DNA of 41,641 nucleotides from a virus (taxonomy: Duplodnaviria > Caudoviricetes). The notes below the pieces were generated by a model. The model made no database searches. It was given only the letters and a program-made list of their open reading frames with translations, and was not told where the DNA came from. How positions within the stretch are numbered: the first letter of the stretch is position 1; every line of letters starts with the position of its first letter. This document shows positions 26,165 to 34,978 of this stretch, piece after piece. The position numbers were made by a program, and so were the translations under genes. The stretch is taken from IMG/VR virus record IMGVR_UViG_3300037692_000167, positions 1 through 41,641 of that record. One strand, given 5' to 3'.

Positions 26165-28439
26165 AGCGGCTTTACGAGATGACCGTGCACGAGCTTCGCG
26201 CAGAAGCCGAGGCCGCCACGGCCCGCGGTGACGAGCGACGCGCCGCAGAATGTCGCGAATCAATCGAGCTGAACTATCGAATCGCTGAAGCCTTCCAGCG
26301 GCGATGCTCCGCAGACAATGGACCTGCGGAGCTAGGAAAGCCATGAGAGTGAAATGCTGGTTGCTCGGCTGCGCATGCGCTGAAAGCTATCCGGCATGCC
26401 ACTTCTGCGGCGCAGACCTTTATGGAGGCCCGTTCCTCGAACAGGGGAAGCTGCAGCCGGTCTTGGTGCTGTGGGCGGACATCAAACGCGTGCTTCGGAA
26501 GATCGGCCCGAAGAAGTGCTCTCAGTGCGGCAAAAAGTTCAGGCGTGGCTACGACGACCATCTTTGCAGCGAGAAATGCTTTGAAGACTTCCTCCCCTTC
26601 TGAACGACGAGAGATCTGCGAGGGCTGCGGCAAAATGATCGACCCAGATATTTGCGGCTGTGGCGACTCTATCGACCACTCCCCATGGGCGGCCGGGCAC
26701 TCACCCATCCCGATGGGGTGCGATTGCGGCCGAGAGTCTGAAGACAGCGCAGGAGGTTCCGATGCCGGGCCCGGTAAGTGAGTCTAGCAAGGGGCCGCCG
26801 GATACGGCTCCATACGTACCGAGTTGGTGTTTCGATCCGCCGGGTCCGCGCATGTGTGCATGCGGACATCACGAGGGATATCACGGTGACGATGGGCACT
26901 GCGTTGTCCAACGATACGGACGGCCCGGCCTCTGCAATTGCGCGCGACTTACTCTAACCGTGTCGCCAGCTCAGGAGCCGCGATGAAAGTCAGTCGTTTC
27001 CACAACCTGATTGGCAAGCTTCTCGTGGAGAACCGCGCCGGCCATCTGACCGTCTGCATCGACAAGAGCACCTTCCGCGACAACCGCGAAAGTGATGGCT
27101 GCGTGATCCTCGAAGTTTGTGGAGCGGAGATCGTCACGCATCCGATGCTGGACGACGATGGCGGCATGGCGGAGAACAAGGACGGCACCGAGCACCAGCG
27201 CACGACGCTGGTGCTGTATGGCTCTTCTGGCCCCACGTCTGGAAACGCCCCATGAACGCGGACGAATGGCTGCCCACGGCGTTCCTCGCGTACCACCCGA
27301 CGAGTGGGATGCTCCAGCAGAAGTGGACGCGGAAGTGTTACGAATATCGCAACTACGGCGGGGTCAGTCGGCGCACCGAATGGTATGAGCACAACTGGCG
27401 CGACGTACCAACGCGGCTTGCAGAGGCCGAGCCACGAGCTACTGAACCACAGCCTGGAGACTCAAATGCCTAGCATTCCCGAGGGCTGGTACATTCCAGC
27501 TCCTGACCCGAACGGCCGCACCCGCTATAACCGCTGGGTGCTTGGCGAGATCCGCGGCATGGTCCGTTACAGCAAGGGTGGCACAGAGCATTTCATGTGT
27601 CAGGTCGAGACGTTCCGGAAGTGGCTGAAGCGCTACGACGCAAGGCCGGCGGAGAAACGTCGTGGCTCGTGATATCCGAGATCCGTTCGTCGTCTATAGC
27701 GCTACGGCCGGCTTTCGCGGCACGGGCTTTACCGTAGTACCCTCGAATACCGTGCTGCTTGGCGCCGGTCATTACGTGATGGTCCCGGTGCTTAATGAGC
27801 AGGCGGGCGACGAGTTGATCGCTGAGATGCGGCGACGCGCAGATCAACCAAAAGCGCCTCAGATTGAATTGAGCGCTGCAGATTGTAGGGCGCTGGCGAT
27901 AGACCCGGCAAAGGCCGGGACGTACAGGAAGATCCGTAGAACCGGGGAGAAGAGACATGACTGAGATCTACATCCGTGGCCCCTTCACGATTCTCTGCAA
28001 CTACTGTGGGAAGACCTACGGGAAGGTGGACGAGCACACCGAAGTTCCAGCGAGCGCTGTTCTTCGATGCCCATGCGGGCACGAGACGAAATTCGAGAAC
28101 ATGCCGGGCCCTGCAGTGAGAACCGGAGCGCCTCATGAGTGAAGCGACAATCGTCGTGGAAGGTACGCGCCTGACTGACGCTCAGTCGATGACGTTCCGA
28201 TGTGCCTTGAATGATTTTGCGATGTCGCTCCGTGCCGAGGGGCTTGGGAACGATGAGCACGGCAAACGGATTACAGAAGGATATTTGGCCCGCATCGGCG
28301 AAATCATGGATCTGATGCGCCCTGCTCTGCGTCGAACATGAAGCCCCGCAAGCCACAGGTGATTATCGTGCGAATCTGCGACCACGGCGTGCCGAAGTGC
28401 CTGCCGTGTCATTGGTGCGCGGCGAAACATCCTAGCTGA
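26161..28439 (+). CDS. Post-attP run of small genes (26161-26346, 26343-26603, 26581-26781, 26762-26986, 26983-27255, 27252-27473, 27466-27672, 27662-27964, 27957-28142, 28135-28341, 28338-28439), several Cys-rich
   Basis: Continuous coupled overlaps and SD motifs; CxxC/CxH motifs in five of them. Confidence 0.6.
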
Positions 28440-28442
28440 CCC

Positions 28443-28532
28443 ATGCTGATCCTCATCCTCAAGAACGGCCAGCGCGTCATCGTCCGTGTTCCCAGGAAGA
28501 AGCGGCCGAAGCTGCGGCTGGTGAAGCGCTGA
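28443..28532 (+). CDS. 29-aa basic peptide MLILILKNGQRVIVRVPRKKRPKLRLVKR
   Basis: Fills the gap exactly up to the convergent spanin stop (TGATCA); not in the ORF track; no strong SD. Confidence 0.5.
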   Translation: MLILILKNGQRVIVRVPRKKRPKLRLVKR

Positions 28533-29033
28533 TCACCGCCTCAAGGCTGATTCTCGCTGCCAGAATTCCTGCCAGAGTCCGAGAAGTTCGGCGTCGTGTC
28601 GGCAGTCGGCAGTAATGCCTGCAAGGCCAACTCCAACCTCGTCTGTGCGTCCTTCGCCCGCGGGAGCTCCAGCATCTGAGGCGGTACTTCCGGCCACCGG
28701 GGGCACGTCGCAACGACGGGTAGCGGCGGTAAGCTGGCGCAGGAGGCCAGCGTTACGCTTGCCAGAGCCAGCCAGAGCGGCCGTAGCGTCACGGGTAATC
28801 TGCTCAAGGTGCTTCTCCAGATCGGCCTGTACGGCCTCAGAGGACGCCTCAATGGCCTTCCGGCGGCCTTCGGCTTCGTTGTAGGCCTTTTGGGCGGCAA
28901 TTAGCTGTGGTAGCCACCGATTTCGCTCTGTGGTCATGCCATTCGCATAGCCATGGCGATAGATGAATGTGATCGCCAATGCGAGAACCAATACACCAGC
29001 AATCTGCTTCCAGAACCTAAGCAGCCAAATCAT
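28533..29033 (-). CDS. Rz: Inner-membrane spanin (Rz-like)
   Basis: N-terminal TM helix, coiled coil and two Cys; last gene of the lysis cassette. Confidence 0.8.
   Translation of the reverse strand: MIWLLRFWKQIAGVLVLALAITFIYRHGYANGMTTERNRWLPQLIAAQKAYNEAEGRRKAIEASSEAVQADLEKHLEQITRDATAALAGSGKRNAGLLRQLTAATRRCDVPPVAGSTASDAGAPAGEGRTDEVGVGLAGITADCRHDAELLGLWQEFWQRESALRR
28541..28807 (-). CDS. Rz1: Outer-membrane spanin lipoprotein embedded in Rz (Rz1-like)
   Basis: TTG start after GGAG; lipobox LASC; Pro-rich mature part; different frame within Rz. Confidence 0.8.
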   Translation of the reverse strand: MSRLPVTLRPLWLALASVTLASCASLPPLPVVATCPRWPEVPPQMLELPRAKDAQTRLELALQALLPTADTTPNFSDSGRNSGSENQP

Positions 29034-29650
29034 GAAAGCGCCCTTTCGTCCGGCCAACCGCGACTAATCCGTGACTTGACCTTGTTATAGTTCAATCCTT
29101 TGATCTCGCACCACTCGGACAAAGCGCGTCTTTCACCGCTCAGTAGGATGTACCTGTTTTGCGACGTGTTGCGCTGTTGTTGTTTTCGGCTGGCCCATCT
29201 GCAATTGCCGGAATCGTAATCGCCGTCGTTATCTCGTCGGTCAATGGAATGATCCGATGGCCTTGGACCCATGTCGGCAAAGAATTGAACGAAGGATGTT
29301 CGCCACTGAGCACAAACACTGATACCTCGACCACCATAGTTTTGATAGCCAGTGGCATTTGGATTATGGCAGCGCGCAATCATTCGCATCCAAGTTCGAT
29401 ATTCTGCCGTCTCTGTCGCATGCACCGCCTGTCCATGCTTGTATTGACGTGCGCGAGCCAGATTGCGCTTAAAGCAGCCACAAGAAGTGGTTTCCCCAGA
29501 ACGAATCTTCGCCAATTGGGCTGAAGATTTAGTCCCGCAATCACATTGGAAGAAAACCCTTCGTCCCGTGCCTGGCTTCTGCGGGCAATCTCCAATGACA
29601 GCCAGCCGTCCAAAGCGCTTTCCGATAGGACATTCAGCTCTAATAGGCAT
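29030..29650 (-). CDS. HNH-related homing endonuclease-like protein inserted in the lysis cassette
   Basis: GKRFGRL, CDCG, SCGC, RCHNP...YGGRGISVC, SIDRRDNDGDYDSGNCRWA; visibly more AT-rich; TGATACAAT extended -10 just upstream. Confidence 0.85.
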   Translation of the reverse strand: MPIRAECPIGKRFGRLAVIGDCPQKPGTGRRVFFQCDCGTKSSAQLAKIRSGETTSCGCFKRNLARARQYKHGQAVHATETAEYRTWMRMIARCHNPNATGYQNYGGRGISVCAQWRTSFVQFFADMGPRPSDHSIDRRDNDGDYDSGNCRWASRKQQQRNTSQNRYILLSGERRALSEWCEIKGLNYNKVKSRISRGWPDERALS

Positions 29651-29704
29651 GCAAGATTGTATCAGTACCAATAGGCCACAGGCGTTTTAACAGGGCCAAC
29701 CAGA

Positions 29705-29908
29705 TCATGAGCTCGGCTCGAGGTGCTTACTATTGGCATAGCCTCGCCAGAAGGTCAGCAAGCCCAAAGCGAGCATCCAGTATTTCAGGTGGGGGCCCGG
29801 GATGATGCCATCCACGGCGGCCACGGCGGCAATCGTTCCCTGAGCCAAACCGAGGATCTTGGTCAGGTGCATGGAGAGATAGACCCAGATTGCAGTCAGG
29901 ATATTCAT
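29705..29908 (-). CDS. Putative holin
   Basis: 67 aa with two hydrophobic segments, right after the endolysin. Confidence 0.6.
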   Translation of the reverse strand: MNILTAIWVYLSMHLTKILGLAQGTIAAVAAVDGIIPGPHLKYWMLALGLLTFWRGYANSKHLEPSS

Positions 29909-30432
29909 GTCACTCCGAGCGCCGATCGCGCCTTCAGCCAATGCGACAGCCTGTCGTCAAGACCGTTGTACCCACCGTTGATGAGCTTTGTGATGCTGCC
30001 GAATTTGTCTTCGTCGGCCAGCCGATTGAGTCCCTTGCGCTGCCAGAACCACCCCGCCGATCGGCAGGCCCCCGCGGGCGCCTCCAGCAGTTCCGGGTGC
30101 TCGATGAGGTTCAGCACCAGCGCAATCCCGCAGGCGGCGTAGTTCGCGCGCCCGGTAACCTGAATGAGTCCGCGCCCCTTGTAGCGTCGGCCGTCGCCAG
30201 GCTGGCGATTGCCGAGGTCTTCCCTGCCCTCGTAGGCATCACCGCTGGCAATTTCCAGCGTGTATCGCAACGACGCGGACTCGTGGGCCATCTGTGCAAG
30301 AAACGCCGCCTGTCGCGCCGGCGTAGTGACGCCGAATTCATCCATCGCGTCGTTCAGCGGCTGGATGAAGGCGGCGATCCGCTCCGGCTTCGCGTAAGGC
30401 ATCGCCTCGCGCAGTTGCGTGGTCGAGATCAC
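29905..30432 (-). CDS. Endolysin, glycoside hydrolase family 19
   Basis: AFLAQMAHES, YKGRGLIQVTGRANY, SAGWFW, TKLINGGYNGLDDR. Confidence 0.95.
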   Translation of the reverse strand: MISTTQLREAMPYAKPERIAAFIQPLNDAMDEFGVTTPARQAAFLAQMAHESASLRYTLEIASGDAYEGREDLGNRQPGDGRRYKGRGLIQVTGRANYAACGIALVLNLIEHPELLEAPAGACRSAGWFWQRKGLNRLADEDKFGSITKLINGGYNGLDDRLSHWLKARSALGVT

Positions 30433-30617
30433 CTCTCGCCTCTCTGTACCCGCTCAAGCTCTTCGATTCGCTTCAAGTTCGCGCGCGATCGCTCGTTCTG
30501 TTCGCCGGCTATTCTCGCATCGCTCGCGCAATGCCGTATCACCATCCATGCGGCGGAAAGCACCGAGACCACCGTACTCACGCAGGCGGCAATGACGCTG
30601 ACCTCGGTGGTGGTCAT
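30429..30617 (-). CDS. Single-TM coiled-coil protein (holin/antiholin candidate)
   Basis: N-terminal TM helix followed by a charged helix. Confidence 0.5.
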   Translation of the reverse strand: MTTTEVSVIAACVSTVVSVLSAAWMVIRHCASDARIAGEQNERSRANLKRIEELERVQRGER

Positions 30618-30618
30618 G

Positions 30619-30804
30619 TCAATCGTCGTTGCAATACGCCTGCGCCACGCGGCGGCTCAGGTATCGAAACTGCTCATCGGTCCAATCGGGACACGCGAGA
30701 ATCTGATCGACTTTCGTACACTGCCCGGGCGAGAGGTGATCGCGCACCTCCGTGCTGGTGAGCATGGTCTGAAAGCTCTGAATGATCACTCCGATGTGCG
30801 GCAT
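30619..30804 (-). CDS. Hypothetical protein
   Basis: AGGAG SD; fits the gene run. Confidence 0.5.
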   Translation of the reverse strand: MPHIGVIIQSFQTMLTSTEVRDHLSPGQCTKVDQILACPDWTDEQFRYLSRRVAQAYCNDD

Positions 30805-30813
30805 GGGGAGCTC

Positions 30814-31185
30814 CTAGTGGTCGGTTGAGTAGAGTCCGGCTTTTGATTCGAGGCGGCCGGTGCGCGCCATGAGGTCGTGCGAGCGCTCCACGGCTACGGT
30901 GGAATTGCGCTCAGCGAGTTTAGCCTTTTCAGATGTCGCCTCATTGCGGGCAACGAGATCCGCATAACGTGCCTCGGCCAGATCACGGCTGGAGCTCGAG
31001 CGGTCGAGCGCCACCAAGGCGATCACCAGCGCAGCAAGACTCACACACAACGCCACGATGGATACACCGCGATCCGTGAAGACGATGCGCGGAGCACTGA
31101 CGTGCGAGTTGGGGTGCGCGGTGATCGACTCATCCCTGTCCCGACTTTGGGCATGCGCGTGAGTCGGTGGCTCAAGGTCTGACAC
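30814..31185 (-). CDS. Single-TM coiled-coil protein
   Basis: VSIVALCVSLAALVIALVAL TM helix plus coiled coil. Confidence 0.6.
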   Translation of the reverse strand: MSDLEPPTHAHAQSRDRDESITAHPNSHVSAPRIVFTDRGVSIVALCVSLAALVIALVALDRSSSSRDLAEARYADLVARNEATSEKAKLAERNSTVAVERSHDLMARTGRLESKAGLYSTDH

Positions 31186-31612
31186 TGGCCACTCCCTTGG
31201 AGCAGGTAATGCCCTGAAGACAGTTGACGACGGCGAGCTCTCTATCGTGGCGAGAGACGGTCACCAGCAACCACGAACCGAGGCCAATCAGCAGTGCAGT
31301 GTTGAGCGCCACGAGTGCCGTCAGGATCTTGGAACCTCCATTCACGCCGCCCACATTGGGGGAGCCCGCATTACGAACGCCGTCACGCACGCCGCGTTGG
31401 TAGTTCGTCTCGGCGAAGTCTTCAGGCCCGCGATCGGGAACCATCCCCATCGCCAGCCGGATCTTGCGCAGCAGTTGCCACATCATGCCGTCGCCCTGAA
31501 ACAGCTTGCGACCGTCCACGGTGACAGTGGTCTCGTGGTAGCTAGGCGTCGCGATGATGGGCTCAGTCTCTGGCCGCTGAAAATCCCATGGCGCTTCCGT
31601 CTGCGTCGTCAC
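31172..31612 (-). CDS. Single-TM membrane protein
   Basis: GGAGG SD; ILTALVALNTALLIGLGSWLLV TM helix. Confidence 0.6.
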   Translation of the reverse strand: MTTQTEAPWDFQRPETEPIIATPSYHETTVTVDGRKLFQGDGMMWQLLRKIRLAMGMVPDRGPEDFAETNYQRGVRDGVRNAGSPNVGGVNGGSKILTALVALNTALLIGLGSWLLVTVSRHDRELAVVNCLQGITCSKGVASVRP

Positions 31613-31640
31613 AACGCCTCCATCTGGCTAACCTGTCCTC

Positions 31641-33080
31641 TCATCGGATCAATATCCAGTCCACATCAATCGATGTCGATGAACTGTTATTGATCGTAAA
31701 CCCTCCGGTCCCCTTACCGCTGACCCAGAGTCGACCGACCGGGTCTGCCTGTGCAGTCAGTTCCACGTAGTACGCGGAGTCAGGCTCGGCACTGGCGAAG
31801 GTCACTGCAACAGTGGTGCCTGCGGCGAAGGTAGCCTGACCACGTAGATTCTTGCTGGCAGTCGTCGTTGCCGAGATGCCGGTGACACCTTGCATCGTCC
31901 CATCGTGACGTACCGCCCATTTCACAGTACCAGCACTGTTGATGATCCGCAGCATCAGGTCAGTGGTGTAGCCGGCGAAGCCTTCCAGAGTAAGCGGAAT
32001 CTCCCCATTCACAACCGCGCGCATCGTGTGCGCACCCTGCAGTTGGCTCGCGCCATGAAGGCTCGAACCGTTTACGTTGCTGACAAGCGCGATGTTGTTA
32101 CCGGTGTCGGTGATCAGCGCCTCATTGATGAAACTGCCCGATATCGTGATTGATCCGGCTGTAGACTGGGCTTCCGCATCAACCGTATTGCCTTCGAATC
32201 TGGCGCCGTGCAGCGTCATCGACTTGCAGCCGTTCTCGAACTTCGCACCAGTCCCGCAATCCTCGAAATTTCCACCTATCCAAACCGAGCCGCTGCCCTG
32301 CGTATTCGTGACCCGCAGACCAATTGAGTTAGCAAAGCTGGCCTTGTCACCAGTCGTGCTACAACTCAGAAAGCAGCAGTTCGTTGTCTTCTCGCTGCCG
32401 CTGGTGGCAAATCGGTATCCGACCTCAAAATGCAGCCCTTCAATATCGACGAACAAATTGTTAAAGCTCGCAGCATCGCCGCCGTCGAGATTCAGCAAAA
32501 TATTAGAGCGACTCGCAGTCGTCGTGCCCTCGGCGTAGATCCGGCGTGCATAGGCCCCGACTGTTTCCACGCACTGGATGACGTGACCGTCCTTATGCGT
32601 GCAGATGATCGAGAGATCGGAGATTCCGCAGCCATATTTCCGGACATTCGTTTTGGCCGCGCTCCCAAGGCTGACGCAGAATCCGGTGCCGGCAAAATTC
32701 AGCACTGTCGCCCGTTTGCCGGCTCCGCGTACGATCACATACGCGGGGATCGCAAAGTCCTCGACGTCGAAGGAGCCGCGCGGAAGATCGATGGTCCCGC
32801 CGTTGAAATTCGTCACGCCTTCCTGCTGGGCTACCGCGATGGCGTTCTCAATGGCCGTGGTATTATCAGCGGCTGAGTTGGTACTGCTCCATCCATGTCG
32901 CTGAGCTTTTCCGGGAAGATACGCATAGTTGACCGGCGTCACCCCGGCGGCGATCTCGGCCTGCGTCAGTACGCGCGAGTCGTCGAACTGGAACGATGTG
33001 ACCCCGTTCACAACCTCAGAGATTCGCTGGCGATGAGCTTCGCTATCCTGGTGGCGAGTTGGGATCGCGGGGAGGCCCAT
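31641..33080 (-). CDS. Tailspike/receptor-binding protein with a pectate-lyase-like beta helix
   Basis: DNTTAIENAI..GTIDLPRG..IVRGAG beta-helix cap; Gly/Asn-rich rungs; C-terminal VAVTF...GFTI...VDW module. Confidence 0.8.
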   Translation of the reverse strand: MGLPAIPTRHQDSEAHRQRISEVVNGVTSFQFDDSRVLTQAEIAAGVTPVNYAYLPGKAQRHGWSSTNSAADNTTAIENAIAVAQQEGVTNFNGGTIDLPRGSFDVEDFAIPAYVIVRGAGKRATVLNFAGTGFCVSLGSAAKTNVRKYGCGISDLSIICTHKDGHVIQCVETVGAYARRIYAEGTTTASRSNILLNLDGGDAASFNNLFVDIEGLHFEVGYRFATSGSEKTTNCCFLSCSTTGDKASFANSIGLRVTNTQGSGSVWIGGNFEDCGTGAKFENGCKSMTLHGARFEGNTVDAEAQSTAGSITISGSFINEALITDTGNNIALVSNVNGSSLHGASQLQGAHTMRAVVNGEIPLTLEGFAGYTTDLMLRIINSAGTVKWAVRHDGTMQGVTGISATTTASKNLRGQATFAAGTTVAVTFASAEPDSAYYVELTAQADPVGRLWVSGKGTGGFTINNSSSTSIDVDWILIR

Positions 33081-33114
33081 GCTAGGCTGCCTCTCTCAAC
33101 GCATGGGAGGCGTT

Positions 33115-33387
33115 ATGACAAGAACAATGCTGCTGGTGGTTCTCCTGCTGACTGGCTGCGCTCACGCGACGAAAATGGGACAGCCCGGCCAGTTCCTGGT
33201 TGAATGCGATGGATCGGCTGTGCCGCTCGGGAAGTGCTACGCGAAAGCGGCTGAGCTGTGCCCGAAGGGATACGACGTCCTGAATCAGGAGCGCACGAAC
33301 GGCCCGACGACGGGGGCTTACGCTGGCGGGATTGGCTCCATTGGCGCGATGGAGCACAAGAGCATCGTGGTCCAGTGCAAGACCTGA
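33115..33387 (+). CDS. Antisense moron lipoprotein (superinfection-exclusion candidate)
   Basis: GGGAGG SD; lipobox LTGC; four further Cys; opposite strand inside the late operon. Confidence 0.75.
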   Translation: MTRTMLLVVLLLTGCAHATKMGQPGQFLVECDGSAVPLGKCYAKAAELCPKGYDVLNQERTNGPTTGAYAGGIGSIGAMEHKSIVVQCKT

Positions 33388-33388
33388 T

Positions 33389-33517
33389 GTGATTTTCATC
33401 GCGATCATCATCGCCGCAGCCTTGACCTGGCTGGCCTTCGCGGTCCATCCCGGGCTAGGCATCCTCGTTGCAGTGCTCGCGTACGGCGCCATCGATGGCC
33501 TACGGTCCCGCCATTAG
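33389..33517 (+). CDS. Small two-TM membrane peptide
   Basis: GTG one base after the lipoprotein stop; 42 aa, highly hydrophobic. Confidence 0.5.
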   Translation: MIFIAIIIAAALTWLAFAVHPGLGILVAVLAYGAIDGLRSRH

Positions 33518-34978
33518 GCCCAGTTGGGGATAGGCCGACAGGGCCCCGATGGTGTCCTGCGGCTGAAAAGCTTTCGGGATAGCGCGCGCCTGACCGCCCT
33601 GACTCAGCAGGTATTCGCGTAGTCCCACCCGGGTGAGCGGCAGCATCAAGGGCGCTGCGCTATTCGTGACGCCGGCCGAAATCGCCGAGCCGTATACGTC
33701 GAGCGGTGAGATGGACGGGTAGATTTCCTTCGGGACCGCGGCGAACTTCCCGAATCGGGATGCGAACTGGCCGATTGCCTTTTGGTCTCCGACGAGTGGC
33801 TTGCCCTTCAGCAGTTCGCGTCCATACACGAGCGCGTTCGTTGTGCCGTCCGCATCCGTCAGCGCCTTTGCGGCGGTATAGGTCTGCGCAATGAGCTGGC
33901 GCGACTCGCGATATTTCTGCAGCAAATCCTTTGCGGCATCACCACGCCCGGCGAGATTGCGCTCGATGACATCCTCCACCGCCTTGGCGGCGCCCTTGTA
34001 CGCACGGCCATCCGAACTCCTGCCGGAGCCGAATGCGTCATCAGCCAGTTGGCGCAGATAGGCAATCGCATCCACACCATCGCCTGCGTCGAATTTCTCT
34101 TGCGTCAGCGAGTCGACAAGGTCGTCGATCGGGCCGGCAGGCTTCAATCCCGGGAACGCACGCGCGGCACCCTCGCCCGTCTTGGTGAGGCTCACGAGGT
34201 CATCGATGAACTTCGAGTCGGTCGCCATCTCGCCGGCTGCTTTCACGGGCGCATAGCCGGCTTGGTATGCCTCGCCGCGAATCGCCTGGAGCGCACCTTG
34301 CGTGATGGGCGCGTCTGGATTCTGCTTGAGCGCGGTTGCGGCCAGCCGCTCGGTCACGGGCTGGTTGCGCATCATTGCCTCCTGCGACAGTTTCGCCTTG
34401 CCGGAGATTCCTTCCCACAGCCGATTCATGAAGGTCGGGTTGTTGCTACTCGGCGGGACGACGTAGCCCTTCTTCTGAGCTGCGGCGAGTGAGGCGTCTT
34501 TCAGTGCCTGCCCTGGTGGCATGAAGCCAGCCGGCGCCTGCTGAACGCCCGTAGGTGCGGGAATGCGCGACCCGAGAAGTGCGCTGCTGACAAGCTCACT
34601 GCCTTTGCCCATGAGCCCTTCCGGTGCCGCGGTAACTGAGTCAAGGGCCTGATTGAACGTTTGAGATGGCAGCGGCATATCGCCCTGTGGCGGAGTCGCG
34701 AACGGATTGAAGTCGTTCAGGCGCGGGCCGCGCTTCTCGGCGAAGAGTTGCTTGATCGTATTCATCGTGCCGACGCCCGCATCGGCCGCCATGAGCGGTA
34801 AACCTGCAATCGCTTTGGCAACAGGACGCACGGCAGCGCTACCCAACTTGGCAGCCATGGAGGGAACGGGCTTCAGCGGGGCCATGTTCTTCCGGATGGC
34901 GGCCGAAATCTGCTCGTCGCTCATTCCGTCAGGGAACTCGACATCGCCAACACCTGGCACATCAACGATCGTCGTCAC
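33500..34978 (-). CDS. DNA ejection (internal virion) protein, P22 gp16-like position
   Basis: VEFPDGMSDEQISAAI N-terminus; Ala/Gly-rich helical 492 aa. Confidence 0.7.
   Translation of the reverse strand: MTTIVDVPGVGDVEFPDGMSDEQISAAIRKNMAPLKPVPSMAAKLGSAAVRPVAKAIAGLPLMAADAGVGTMNTIKQLFAEKRGPRLNDFNPFATPPQGDMPLPSQTFNQALDSVTAAPEGLMGKGSELVSSALLGSRIPAPTGVQQAPAGFMPPGQALKDASLAAAQKKGYVVPPSSNNPTFMNRLWEGISGKAKLSQEAMMRNQPVTERLAATALKQNPDAPITQGALQAIRGEAYQAGYAPVKAAGEMATDSKFIDDLVSLTKTGEGAARAFPGLKPAGPIDDLVDSLTQEKFDAGDGVDAIAYLRQLADDAFGSGRSSDGRAYKGAAKAVEDVIERNLAGRGDAAKDLLQKYRESRQLIAQTYTAAKALTDADGTTNALVYGRELLKGKPLVGDQKAIGQFASRFGKFAAVPKEIYPSISPLDVYGSAISAGVTNSAAPLMLPLTRVGLREYLLSQGGQARAIPKAFQPQDTIGALSAYPQLGLMAGP

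Noticed and set aside
31641-33080. Diversity-generating retroelement or invertible tail-fibre cassette
   Set aside because: No reverse transcriptase, invertase or template repeat of the tailspike end was seen
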